Positions 9,903 through 19,583 of a DNA stretch of 64,000 nucleotides are shown one piece after another. The notes under the pieces are model-generated. The model was not told the origin of the DNA, did no database searches, and saw only the letters and a program-made list of their open reading frames with translations. The stretch's first letter is position 1; the number at the start of each line of letters is the position of its first letter. The translations under genes were made by a program, and so were the position numbers. The stretch is from an uncultured Acidobacteriota bacterium (GTDB taxonomy: Bacteria; Acidobacteriota; Blastocatellia; RBC074): assembly GCA_963796275.1 (NCBI GenBank), contig CAWCKY010000004.1, positions 1,376,001 through 1,440,000 on the forward strand. Reading direction: 5' to 3'.

Positions 9903-12900
9903 CTAAAATGTCAGCTTGAGTCCGAGTTGTATCTGTCGCGAATCCGTCACTGTCGAAGTAATCCTTCCTGCTGCCGACGGTGTCGTAGCCACTCCCTCGG
10001 GGCTGACACCCGTAAAAACGACCAGGCCTGAAGGCACGGCGAAGTTCGGATGGTTCGGCAGATTGAAGACCTCGGCACGGAATTGAAGCGCGCGATTTTC
10101 ACCGAGCGGAAAAGATTTGCCAACCGAGGCATCGATGCCGATCATTCCGGGGCCGATCAGCGTATTGCGTCCGAGCGTTCCGCGCGTATTGGCCGCGGGT
10201 ACCTCGAATGCGTTCGGATCATAATAGAGGTTCGGCCCGCCCAGTATCGGATTGATCGTGCTGCCCGGTTTCACGTTCGGCCGCTCGTGCGCCGAGAAGC
10301 TGGTCGTGTTGAGATTCCCCGAACGGTTAAAGCCCAGCCTCACGGTGAACGGCACGCCGGAACGAATCGCGCCGATGTTATTTATCTGCCAACCTTTCAA
10401 GAGAGCCCCGGCTACCCCTTTAGCCTTGCGCCCGAACGGCAGGTCATAGGTCCAGTTGAAGGTCAGATTGTGTTTGATGTGAAAGGCCGACAACCCGCGA
10501 TCGAGTGTGCGGTCATACCAGTCCAGCACGTACTGCACGTTGTTGACGAAGTCCTGCGAGTTAATCCCGCTCGAGTCGTCGATCGAGCGTGCGTAGGTAT
10601 AGGAGAGTTGTGTGCGCAGCCCCCCCGCATAACGCTTGACAACCGAGACCTGCGCCGAATTGTAGAACGATTGCGCATCGGTCACGCGCTGCCAGATGCC
10701 CGTGAAATTCGGATTGCGCCGCCCCATTGTCGGCTGATAGGTCTTCACCCCGTTGACTATCGTTTCGGGCGCCAGGTTAGCGTCGCCCAAACGAATGAGA
10801 TGATTTCCCCGCGAACCGGCATAGGCCAGAGTCATATCGAAGCCGCCGGGCAATGAGCGCTGAACGCTCAGGTTGTATTGCATAATGTAGGGCGTCTGCA
10901 TATCGAAGTTGGCTGTCTGCACTTGCGCCGGGATGGGGGCGTTCGGGTTGAAGTTGGCGAGGATGTTGGGGAACGGTATCGGCGCGATTCTGCTGTCGAG
11001 CGAGGTCCGCGTGGTAAACGGCGGATTGAGGCTGCCGGAGAAGAAATAATACTTCGGCAGTATTTGGTCATAGAACATGCCGAATCCGGCGCGGATCGCG
11101 GTCTTTCCGTCACCGAACGGATCCCACGCGATCCCGATCCTGGGCGCGAAATTCTTCAGCGAGGGATTGTTGTGCCACGGATCGCCGACCGTGATCTGGC
11201 TATCGGTCACCTGCCGCAGGTTGGAGATCTTTCCGTTTACCTCAGTTGGCACGGTCACAAACTCATAACGCAATCCCAGATTGATGGTGAGATGCGGTCT
11301 CAACTTGAAATCATCCTGAATGAAAAACCCGAAGAGCGACTGTCGGTAACCCCGCACCGGATCGATCCTGCCTGGCACGGCCAGGTCGACGCTGTTGGGG
11401 CGTCCCTGCAGGAAGCGCTCGAGGTTGTCGAAAATGACGACGCCGCCCCTCTGACTGACGGTGTTCTGGTTGAACTGGAGCCGCTGAGCCAGCCCTCCGA
11501 ATTTCAAACCGTGCGAGCCACGGGTCATAAATATCGTATCGCTCACCTGAAAGTTGTTCAGGCGATCGAGCCTCGGCAGTCGAAAATCGCCACCCAGTTC
11601 AGTCACCAGTCCGGAGATATTGATCGCACCGAATGGCTCGCCGGGAATGAACAATAACGACTCGGGGATGTCGATGGTGCGCTGGTTCTCGGCTTCCTGC
11701 ACCGACCGATTGAAGCCAAACTGCGCGGTGTTGATCGCACCCGAAGCGAAAGTATGCAGATATTCCATTGTTAAATATTGGTTGCGCGAGCGCTCCTTGG
11801 TAAATGCCACCGGCGGCCTATTGGCTATCTGGCGATTTACGTCGCCGTGGTCGAATGTGTATCGGCCCCAAAGCTTGTTGCGTTCGGAGAGCTGGTGATC
11901 GATCCGGCCCTGGAAGAAATATTCATCGGTCGGTTGTAAAGTCGAAAAGAAGTACTCACCGCCGCCGCTCAACAGGCCCCTTGAATTCCTGATCAGTCTG
12001 CCGTTGACTCGGGGGAAAAAAAGGTCGAGATAGTTCGGAATGCTTGGATGGAGCCCCACATTGCGGAACTGCGGCGACCCATCCTGATTGAAGAGCGGTT
12101 CCCCAATCCGATCGGCAGCCTGTAACAGCCCCTGGCGCGCATTGTCATCGGGCACGGTTGTCAGGCCGGTGATGCCCAGTCGTTCGATCAACCCTTCAAA
12201 AGCAGCGAAAAAGAACGTTTTCTCCTTGCGGATCGGGCCTCCGAGAACTCCGCCCATTTGATTGCGCTTGAATGGCGGGATCGGCAAGTCCTGCCGGTCG
12301 AAGTAGTTCTTGGCGTCGAGCGCTGAATTGCGATGGAAGTGGAAGAGAGACCCGTGATAGCTGTTCGTCCCCGAACGCGTGACCGCATTGATGACGCCGC
12401 CGGAGGAACGCCCGAATTCCGCCGAGTAGGCATTGGTCAACACCTGAAATTCCAGGATAGCCTCGACGCCGAGCAGCACGCCGGCAACCGATCCGGGCGT
12501 CTTGTTGTAGACATTATTGATGTCGGTGCCGTCGAGCAGGAAATTGTTCTGTTCAGGGCGCGCGCCATTAATCGAGATCTTGGGCGTGCGCCCGCCGATC
12601 GCATCGTTTCCTGCAGCCAGCGCCGCGCTCACGCCCGTCTGCAGCAGGGCGAGTTGCTGGAATGAGCGGCCATTGAGCGGCAGATCGCGGATTTCATCCT
12701 TGGTGACGAGGCCGCTGAGCGCCGCCGATGTGATATTGACTGCCGGCGCTGAAGCCTCGACCGTGACCAGGCTCTCGAGCTGGCCGACGGCCAGTGTCGC
12801 ATCGGCTACTACATCCTGACCGACAGCGAGCGTGACGCCTCGCCGCAGGTGAGGCTGAAAACCGGCGGCCGTCACGCGCACCTCGTAATCGCCGGATGGC

Positions 12901-13130
12901 AACAGCGGCATCCGGTAATTACCATTGGCATTGGTGGCCGTAGTTTGCGTGAGGCCGGTCGCCACGTTGCGCACTTCGACCTTGGCGTTTGCGACAGTAG
13001 CGCCGCTCTCGTCAGTCACTGTTCCCTGTATGCTCGCGCCAACCGTTTGCCCGAAAGCAATGCCGCTGTAGAAGAACCATGGGGCGATCAAAAGGGTAGA
13101 CAGGCTGAAGACAATCGTACGAAAGTTCAT
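9903..13130 (-). CDS. Oar-like TonB-dependent receptor with carboxypeptidase-regulatory-like N-domain
   Basis: Signal peptide, LPLNGR, YSAEFGRSSGGVINAVTRSGTN, NFAPRIGIAWD, C-terminal RQIQLGLKLTF. Confidence 0.92.
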   Translation of the reverse strand: MNFRTIVFSLSTLLIAPWFFYSGIAFGQTVGASIQGTVTDESGATVANAKVEVRNVATGLTQTTATNANGNYRMPLLPSGDYEVRVTAAGFQPHLRRGVTLAVGQDVVADATLAVGQLESLVTVEASAPAVNITSAALSGLVTKDEIRDLPLNGRSFQQLALLQTGVSAALAAGNDAIGGRTPKISINGARPEQNNFLLDGTDINNVYNKTPGSVAGVLLGVEAILEFQVLTNAYSAEFGRSSGGVINAVTRSGTNSYHGSLFHFHRNSALDAKNYFDRQDLPIPPFKRNQMGGVLGGPIRKEKTFFFAAFEGLIERLGITGLTTVPDDNARQGLLQAADRIGEPLFNQDGSPQFRNVGLHPSIPNYLDLFFPRVNGRLIRNSRGLLSGGGEYFFSTLQPTDEYFFQGRIDHQLSERNKLWGRYTFDHGDVNRQIANRPPVAFTKERSRNQYLTMEYLHTFASGAINTAQFGFNRSVQEAENQRTIDIPESLLFIPGEPFGAINISGLVTELGGDFRLPRLDRLNNFQVSDTIFMTRGSHGLKFGGLAQRLQFNQNTVSQRGGVVIFDNLERFLQGRPNSVDLAVPGRIDPVRGYRQSLFGFFIQDDFKLRPHLTINLGLRYEFVTVPTEVNGKISNLRQVTDSQITVGDPWHNNPSLKNFAPRIGIAWDPFGDGKTAIRAGFGMFYDQILPKYYFFSGSLNPPFTTRTSLDSRIAPIPFPNILANFNPNAPIPAQVQTANFDMQTPYIMQYNLSVQRSLPGGFDMTLAYAGSRGNHLIRLGDANLAPETIVNGVKTYQPTMGRRNPNFTGIWQRVTDAQSFYNSAQVSVVKRYAGGLRTQLSYTYARSIDDSSGINSQDFVNNVQYVLDWYDRTLDRGLSAFHIKHNLTFNWTYDLPFGRKAKGVAGALLKGWQINNIGAIRSGVPFTVRLGFNRSGNLNTTSFSAHERPNVKPGSTINPILGGPNLYYDPNAFEVPAANTRGTLGRNTLIGPGMIGIDASVGKSFPLGENRALQFRAEVFNLPNHPNFAVPSGLVVFTGVSPEGVATTPSAAGRITSTVTDSRQIQLGLKLTF

Positions 13131-13389
13131 TGAAGCGCCTCCTGCAATTCCCGTGAGCGTCCGCGCTCACGAAAGTTGTTCTGTTTCAAGAGGTCGTCCG
13201 CAACATCATGAACGACACCTTATTGTTTTAGTAACACTGTTCGTATTCGATTCTGATGTATAAGTCTTGCTTCTTTCTATTCTCTCTATTCTTTCTCGAT
13301 GAGGAGCAGTAAAGCCATTTCGAACGGTGGCGGTATTCTACAACCAGAAAAAGGATCGAGGAATAGATAATAGGCTGAGGAAAGTAAAA

Positions 13390-13456
13390 CGGAGGTAGAA
13401 GAATTCGAACCTTCGGTAGAGGTTTAGTCCCCACGATGGTTTAGCAAACCGCCGCC
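13390..13456 (-). pseudogene. Degenerate 3' fragment of tRNA-Ser(GCT); distal att-like scar
   Basis: Aligns to 19364-19431 with 7 substitutions (all transitions) and 1 gap over 68 nt; lacks the 5' acceptor strand and D-arm. Confidence 0.88.
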
Positions 13457-13514
13457 CGGTCGCATAAAGTACTACGATGGTTTAGCAAACCGCCGCCCTA
13501 TCACGTGAAGTACT
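13433..13514. repeat. 41-bp tandem duplication containing the tRNA-Ser anticodon arm
   Basis: ACGATGGTTTAGCAAACCGCCGCCC identical at 13433 and 13474, each followed by a related 16-mer ending AAGTACT. Confidence 0.9.
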
Positions 13515-13719
13515 ATGGCGAGGATGACCATATAGAACAGCTCCGAGCCGTAGGTCATGATCGGTCATTAGCTAAGGCTCGCTCTCGAACAAGCTCGCGC
13601 CCGCGCCGGAGACGCTTCCCGAGAAATCAAGCTGCAACCGAGTCTCATTGATTACACTCTCGATCCGTAGATGGAGAGTTATCTCCATCTATAGTTGTAC
13701 CCGTCGGTCATCTCAAAGT

Positions 13720-14037
13720 ATCAATCAAATCACCTCGCTGGGTAGATGGCGTGAGGCAGCCTTGATGGTACCCTCCTCGATGTACCATAGAAAGAGACTG
13801 CATCTCTTAGCCTTTGTTCAAGCGTCGTGTACTTACGGCATGGGCCTGGTATTTACGGGCGACTTGCGCCATTCCCAGTCCGCCGTCCAGTTCGGCGAGG
13901 ACTTTCAATTCGAACTCTTTGGTGAACTGCCATCGCTGGAGGCCTGTTTTCTTCTTGAGACGCATTGTTAAGTGTCTTTCCGCTGTCGTCAGCGAATTTA
14001 CAAATTAACTTTTTGTCTCATCTAGGTTCACCTCACA
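13720..14037 (-). mobile_element. IS3-family remnant (truncated OrfA at 13807-13965, probable left end)
   Basis: Minus strand ORF MRLKKKTGLQRWQFTKEFELKVLAELDGGLGMAQVARKYQ resembles an IS3 OrfA HTH; 5'-TGTGAGGTGAACCTAGATGAGACA end at 14037; degraded YIEE-like OrfB tail follows. Confidence 0.6.
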
Positions 14038-14103
14038 ACAACCACCACAATCCTGGGCATGCGCCTTGTGTCCTAGACGTGTGCCTCGGGAGGGAAAGGG
14101 TAT

Positions 14104-15684
14104 ATGAATACACTCAACAAACTTACGTTGAATTGCGTCTTATTGGCGTTCTTGATAATGGACTTGACTGTCTCTACACGAGCGCAAAATATCGCGGGGG
14201 CGAACTCTAGCCTCCAGGAAGCAATGCAGGAGTCTCCGGATCGTCAGCCTCCGGGCGGGACCGATACGACGCAGCGACTCCGCTTTTGGAACGAGATCGC
14301 CCTGAAAGCCAATGGGCGTGATCACGCGCGCCTGGCCCCCCTGAGACCGAATCAACCGGGCCCGCTCCGGACTGCCCGCGCGTTCTCCATCGTGCATATC
14401 GCGATATTCGACGCATACAATGCGATCGTGGGAGGTTACGAGAGCTACACCGGCTTTACCCCGATCTTGGGAGGGAGCGCCACTAATCTTGAGGAGGAGG
14501 ATATCGATATAGAAGGCGCCAAAAGGCGCGCATCGGTAGATGCGGCGATTATCCAGGCGGCCGCCACTACGCTGAAGGCTCTCTATCCATCCCAGGCGAC
14601 GGATATCGAAAACGTTCGGCGGGTAGACCTCCTCTCGATTCCCGCTGGGTCGGCGAAAAACAACGGGATAGCAATCGGACAGCAGGCGGCGAATGCGATT
14701 TTGTCGCGCAGGAGCAATGACGGCTCTCAGCATAACGAGCCGGTTTACGGCGTCGGATATATCCCAAATCCGGCCTTCGGCAAGTGGCGTCGGGATCCGG
14801 TCTCAACTACGCCGGAGAACCCCGGACTCGCTCTCGGGGCGTTCTGGAGCGCGCTGGTTCAGCCTTTTGTCATACTTTCCGCCGGCCAGTTCAAGCCTGT
14901 TCCACCGCCCCCCCTGTCGAGCTTGGCTTACGCTTTGGCGTTCACTGAGGTGAAACTGTTAGGCGGCGACCCCGAACAAGGCACGCCGACGCAGCGGACC
15001 GCGGACCAGACGATCGCCGGAATCTACTGGGGTTACGACGGAACGCCGTTCGTAGGCACACCGAACCGGCTCTACAATCAAATTGCGGTGCATATCGCCA
15101 CCCTGAAGGGAACCAGAGGCATCAGGCTCGCGCGGCTGTTGGCTCTGGTGAATGTGGCGATGGCCGACGCCGGCCTTGCTTGCTGGGAGGCGAAGTATCG
15201 CGAGGAATTCTGGCGGCCGATTACCGGCATCCGGCAAGGCAATAACGACCCCAACCCACTCACCATCAGAGATCCGAACTTCATTCCGCTCGGCTCGCCG
15301 GCCAGCAACACCAACGGGCCGAATTTCACGCCGCCCTTCCCGGCGTATACGTCCGGCCACGCGACCTTCGGGGGCGCTCTCTTCCAGGCGCTGCGCAGAT
15401 TTTACCGGACCGATGCGATCCCCTTCAGCTTCATTTCGGACGAGTTCAACGGGGTGACGCGGGACAATCAGGGTAATGTGCGCCCAATTGTTCTGCGTAG
15501 TTTCGCCACGCTTACAGCGGCCGAAGAAGAGAACGGCCAGAGCCGCATCTATCTCGGCGTCCACTGGCGCTTTGATAAGACCGAAGGGATCGAACAAGGC
15601 AGACGGGTGGGTGATTACGTCTTCAACAATTCCTTCCGGAAACGGACTTTCGGCGGGGCACTTATCCCCGATGACAACGAGTAA
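14104..15684 (+). CDS. Secreted vanadium-dependent haloperoxidase / PAP2-superfamily protein
   Basis: KYREEFWRP (KxxxxxxRP), TPPFPAYTSGHATF, SRIYLGVHWRFD motifs; signal-peptide-like N-terminus. Confidence 0.88.
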   Translation: MNTLNKLTLNCVLLAFLIMDLTVSTRAQNIAGANSSLQEAMQESPDRQPPGGTDTTQRLRFWNEIALKANGRDHARLAPLRPNQPGPLRTARAFSIVHIAIFDAYNAIVGGYESYTGFTPILGGSATNLEEEDIDIEGAKRRASVDAAIIQAAATTLKALYPSQATDIENVRRVDLLSIPAGSAKNNGIAIGQQAANAILSRRSNDGSQHNEPVYGVGYIPNPAFGKWRRDPVSTTPENPGLALGAFWSALVQPFVILSAGQFKPVPPPPLSSLAYALAFTEVKLLGGDPEQGTPTQRTADQTIAGIYWGYDGTPFVGTPNRLYNQIAVHIATLKGTRGIRLARLLALVNVAMADAGLACWEAKYREEFWRPITGIRQGNNDPNPLTIRDPNFIPLGSPASNTNGPNFTPPFPAYTSGHATFGGALFQALRRFYRTDAIPFSFISDEFNGVTRDNQGNVRPIVLRSFATLTAAEEENGQSRIYLGVHWRFDKTEGIEQGRRVGDYVFNNSFRKRTFGGALIPDDNE

Positions 15685-15689
15685 TACTC

Positions 15690-16270
15690 GATTAGATAAA
15701 GAGCGCCGTGGATGTCGCAGTAAGGCAAGCCAGTTGGATCGCCGAGCAGCTGACGGCAGAGACGAGCCCCGAGATAGCTCTGGACGGCAGCTATGGCAAT
15801 CTCAAATTCTTTCGTGGGATACGCGGCGTGAGAAGTTTTGCGACGGCCCGAATGCGAAATGATAGGGTGCTCTACCAAATCCCGCAGACACCCGCTGAAG
15901 GCGAACCGATGAAGCCTGGACGTCCACCGAAATATGGCCAGGAATTCCGCTTCGCTGACCCCCAGACTTGGCCGACACCGGATGAAGTCCTCGAGTTTGA
16001 AAACGCGCAATATGGGCGTGTCCGTCTGCAATTGTGGTCAACCTTACGATTCCGGACGAAAAAGAATGAGATTGTTGATATCCCCGCCGTTGTCCGCTCG
16101 CAGATTCATTTGGAGAGGGACCAGCCGCCCGCACCGCATTGGTACGGAGTACATAATGGGACGACAGAAGAGACCACTCTGGGTCGCGTCTTTGAGTGCA
16201 TCACGCATCGTTGGCCGATAGAGCCCGCCAACCGATTTCGCAAAGAAAGACTCTACGCCGAGCTGCCGAA
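15690..16270 (+). pseudogene. IS701-like DDE transposase internal fragment
   Basis: ALDGSYG, GRPPKYGQEFRFADPQTWP, RWPIEPANRFRKERL; both ends missing, ORF runs on into a repeat. Confidence 0.72.
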
Positions 16271-16793
16271 TGTAGTCGGTAAAATAGGGAGTGGGAATGG
16301 AGAGTCGTGGCTTTTCTCCACTCTCCACTTCCTATTTCCCATTTTTCTGTGCCACATCTTTCTGGTCGACAAACACTTTGGATAAATTATCAGGGCAATC
16401 CGTCGGCGAGATACCCGGCGGAGGGATCGATCTCTTTCCCGCTTCCGCCTTTCTCATTCCTATCACACTAATCCCTCGGTATAGTCCGAGGGCGCTCGTT
16501 ACTGCTCGAAGCTGACAAGCGCTGATTCGCTCACTTTGTAGGCGCATCTTCCGTCGCGTCACGTTTGGCGGCTTCGGCCTTGCGTCTTTGATCCAAGCAT
16601 CGTAGCCTGAATAGGATCAACAAACTGATTAATCACTGTCGCTTTCACGCCACTTAATTCTCTCTGCCGAGATTACGCCACTGATTAGTCCCTAACACCG
16701 GGTAATTCCACTCGGAAGAATTCAAACATGGAGCACCAGCGCCTCGTGCTGAAGCGGATGCTCTATCTAGACAATAACGCAAAAGGGGAGTTT

Positions 16794-17087
16794 ATGAAGA
16801 ACCAACCGGGAATGGCCGTGGGACCAACTGTGGTAACGGCGCAGGATGATGAATGGGGGCGTCAGAGACGCGAAGAACTACAAAAGGAGGCCGCAGACTT
16901 TGAGGCTCAACTTGCCGCACTGGAGCAGGAATACGCCCGCTCTTCCGCGATAGCCAAAATACTCGGCCGAGCCTTAGGATTCGGGGCCGCCGGCAAGCTG
17001 GAGCGGGCCCGATTCAAGGTAAGTTACAAGCGGGAGCAGTTAGCTGAATTCGAGTCCCTGCATCCCGACGCGCGCACAAAACGGTAA
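16794..17087 (+). CDS. Hypothetical coiled-coil protein
   Basis: RBS GGGGAG before ATG 16794; helical, E/Q-rich. Confidence 0.55.
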   Translation: MKNQPGMAVGPTVVTAQDDEWGRQRREELQKEAADFEAQLAALEQEYARSSAIAKILGRALGFGAAGKLERARFKVSYKREQLAEFESLHPDARTKR

Positions 17088-17130
17088 TTTCGTGATTGTA
17101 AACTGAGATCGGCGACGTTATTATCGCTAC

Positions 17131-17601
17131 TCAGCCTTTATGCCCGCGGCGGGTCAATTCTTGGCGCGCGAGCCTTCTGACCTGGGAACAATCCATTATC
17201 CAAGAGGCTGCATTTGTCGCTCCGGAGAGCCAGTTCGCGCCTACCCTGCGCACATAATTCCCACTTACATCACGGAGCGATGCCGCCTCCTGTACATCTT
17301 TAGAGCCGACATTGGCCGCGACCCGAACGAGCACCTTTTCCAGCGCGCCGACGGCGGCTTTCGCGATGGCATAGTGAGAGCTACCTTCGATCAGGTTGAT
17401 CAGCGGTTTGACAGCTTGCGCGTCGCCGATATCGCCGAGCACATGCGCCGCGTCCTTCCGCGCCAGATGAGATTCGTCAACGAGCGATGCCAGCAAGGCA
17501 GCCAGCGCCCGTGGATTTCGTGATCTGCTCAACCCTTTGATGGCGCGCCGTCGCGTTTGAACGTTGCTTGACTTCAATCGTCGTAAGTTCCACCACAACA
17601 T
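17131..17601 (-). CDS. HEAT/PBS-lyase repeat protein
   Basis: RRRAIKGL...ALLASLVDESHLARKDAAHVLGDIGDAQAVKPLI; RBS GGGAG. Confidence 0.75.
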   Translation of the reverse strand: MLWWNLRRLKSSNVQTRRRAIKGLSRSRNPRALAALLASLVDESHLARKDAAHVLGDIGDAQAVKPLINLIEGSSHYAIAKAAVGALEKVLVRVAANVGSKDVQEAASLRDVSGNYVRRVGANWLSGATNAASWIMDCSQVRRLARQELTRRGHKG

Positions 17602-17619
17602 AGCTCCCCTTTTTTTGGC

Positions 17620-17859
17620 TCAATCCGGTGTCGGCCAAGTTTCGCTCATCACGAGCACTCGCTTGAGTTCCTTCCCTGCGATACCAAAAAACGACGCCAT
17701 CTGTTTCAGTTGCTCTCGCCCGGTATATTCCGCCGGCGTTGAACAAAACCGCTCGATCCCGGGGGTGAAATCCACACATCTCATGCTCTTCGGCTTGTTG
17801 TGTCCTCTGGAACAATCACCATTCGCCTGCTGGAGCACACAAAATTCACACAGCTTCAT
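17620..17859 (-). CDS. Small Cys-rich hypothetical protein (putative metal binding)
   Basis: MKLCEFC-x8-C-x11-C..F pattern; RBS AAGGCGG before ATG 17859. Confidence 0.65.
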   Translation of the reverse strand: MKLCEFCVLQQANGDCSRGHNKPKSMRCVDFTPGIERFCSTPAEYTGREQLKQMASFFGIAGKELKRVLVMSETWPTPD

Positions 17860-17969
17860 AACCGCCTTATTCCGTATTTTGATCGAGCTTAAAATCAATC
17901 ACAATTGATTCGGGAGTTCATAAGCCGTTGTTGACCGGGACCATCGAAATGCTCGCAATTAGCCCGATT

Positions 17970-18080
17970 ATTCTACCCTTAGCTGATACTGTCAGAATCT
18001 CTCCATTCTTTGCTTGAAAGCGCCAACGAAACTCGAGCTTTTCGTTTTTGTTAGATTCGAACTGCGCCACCCTCGGGCGC
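17970..18080 (-). pseudogene. YegP/DUF1508-like fragment
   Basis: EFRWRFQAKNGEILTVS resembles the FRWRLKA.NGEII.S motif; appears degraded. Confidence 0.45.
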
Positions 18081-18154
18081 ATCGGGTAAGGCTCAGAGAT
18101 CCGCGTGATCACTGAACGTTCACTTCCTGCGCCACTAGTTTGGACAAGAGAGAG

Positions 18155-18478
18155 TTAGTCGCTGGGTCGTCCGGCAGATAACACCCTTGAGACAGATAGT
18201 TGATTGGCCCCTTCTCGGTTGACCTCTACGCCATCATTCCCGCCGGCATCTCGATTGTCGCGCTCACTTTTCAATTCCGGGGTGGTTATGAATTCGAAAC
18301 TTATCAGCCCGCGATCGACCTCTTCGAGCGCGATGCGCGTCGCCCTCGTATTTGCAATTCGAATAAGCGGTCGTGCGCCCTTGTGAATCTGTACGGCGCG
18401 CTGGGCCGCAATCAATACCTTGAGAAACCTGTTATCACTTGTGACATTATTCATTGTATTAGTCTGTGTTGCTTTCAT
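18155..18478 (-). CDS. RNA polymerase omega-subunit-like paralogue with C-terminal extension
   Basis: DNRFLKVLIAAQRAVQIHKGARPLI...ATRIALEEVDRGLI matches RpoZ conserved regions; start could be 18454. Confidence 0.78.
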   Translation of the reverse strand: MKATQTNTMNNVTSDNRFLKVLIAAQRAVQIHKGARPLIRIANTRATRIALEEVDRGLISFEFITTPELKSERDNRDAGGNDGVEVNREGANQLSVSRVLSAGRPSD

Positions 18479-18702
18479 ATCGATCAATAAACATCGTACT
18501 CGAAGCGAAGCTGGAAACCGCCGCCGGCTACGAGGCGGTGTTCTAGCCATTCGGGCCGAGCCTTGGGATGATGGATAAATACCTCGTTCCCGCGCTCAAT
18601 ATCGCTCGGTCTCCTCCCTCGACATTCGAGCTAACAAATCGAGGTAAACCCTGAATCATCGTTGGCCGATGAATTTGACATGTGCGCGCCGTCATCACAT
18701 TC

Positions 18703-18954
18703 CTAATCTCTCGGCTTAGCCTCGTCTACTTTGAGCGTTTTTCCATTAAGGCTATGACCGTTGAATTTCTCTTTGACTGCGTTAGCCGCTTCTCTAGAGT
18801 TCATTTCAACGAAACCAAAGCCCTTTGATCGTCCTGTCTCTCGGCTGGAGATCACCTGACACGATTCCACCACCCCGACGGCGCTGAACAGATCGCGGAT
18901 TTCCGTACTGGTGGTCGCCTCCGCGAGGTTACCGACAAATAATTTAACTGACAT
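18703..18954 (-). CDS. Single-RRM RNA-binding protein
   Basis: RNP2 KLFVGNL, RNP1 KGFGFVEM, LKVDEAKP. Confidence 0.93.
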   Translation of the reverse strand: MSVKLFVGNLAEATTSTEIRDLFSAVGVVESCQVISSRETGRSKGFGFVEMNSREAANAVKEKFNGHSLNGKTLKVDEAKPRD

Positions 18955-19151
18955 AAGTTATAGACCTTCTTTCTTGAATGGTTGGAGGCAGGACGAATGG
19001 TTCGTAAGAATACCTACAGAGAGGAGAGACCATCCCTAAAAACTTTCTGAAGATTTCCAACAGATATTTGGAAGGTGAGCTGTGTATTTCAGTAATCTGG
19101 AAGATTCCAGATGAACTGATGAAGAGAGTGAGCTAGGCTCAATTCTCATCC

Positions 19152-19180
19152 ACACTACGCTGGGCAGGTAGCGTTGTCAA
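19152..19180 (-). promoter_or_regulatory. sigma70-type promoter for the RRM gene
   Basis: TTGACA-N17-TAGTGT on the minus strand, ~190 nt upstream of the RRM start. Confidence 0.6.
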
Positions 19181-19362
19181 CCTCAGGCGCCTATAAAGTT
19201 TTGCTGGAAGTCCAATCAACAAGAATCACATTACTCCAATGACAGAAACGCTGGTTCGGTCGCGCAAGCACCTAACCTTTTTGTTCGCAATTTGATAATA
19301 AGAATACCCGGAAGATTGGGTAATTTGTAGAACTAAATTTAGGGTGGAACTTAATGAAAAAG

Positions 19363-19454
<92 letters not shown>

Positions 19455-19463
19455 ACAAGCGGC

Positions 19464-19492
19464 ATTGTCATCATGCCAGCTGTCTCTGTCAA
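19464..19492 (-). promoter_or_regulatory. sigma70-type promoter of tRNA-Ser
   Basis: TTGACA-N17-GACAAT about 10 nt upstream of the tRNA 5' end. Confidence 0.55.
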
Positions 19493-19583
19493 GCTGTAAT
19501 TCATTCAATTTTCGACAATTTCCGATTCACTAACCGGGATATTAATTATAGGATTGCCCGCGAGCCGGAAAGGATCATCTGTG

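Noticed and set aside
13390-13480. Second functional tRNA-Ser
   Set aside because: No D-arm or 5' acceptor strand; T-stem mutated.
13433-13514. Possible mini CRISPR array (25-nt repeat, 16-nt spacers)
   Set aside because: Only two copies, the repeat is tRNA-derived, the spacers are too short and similar to each other, and there are no cas genes.
4828-15684. Halogenated natural product cluster (aryl-CoA ligase plus haloperoxidase)
   Set aside because: The genes are about 8 kb apart, on opposite sides of the island boundary, with no carrier protein, PKS or NRPS.
16271-16385. Hydrophobic C-terminal tail on the IS701-like ORF
   Set aside because: Read-through into a heptamer inverted repeat, not transposase sequence.
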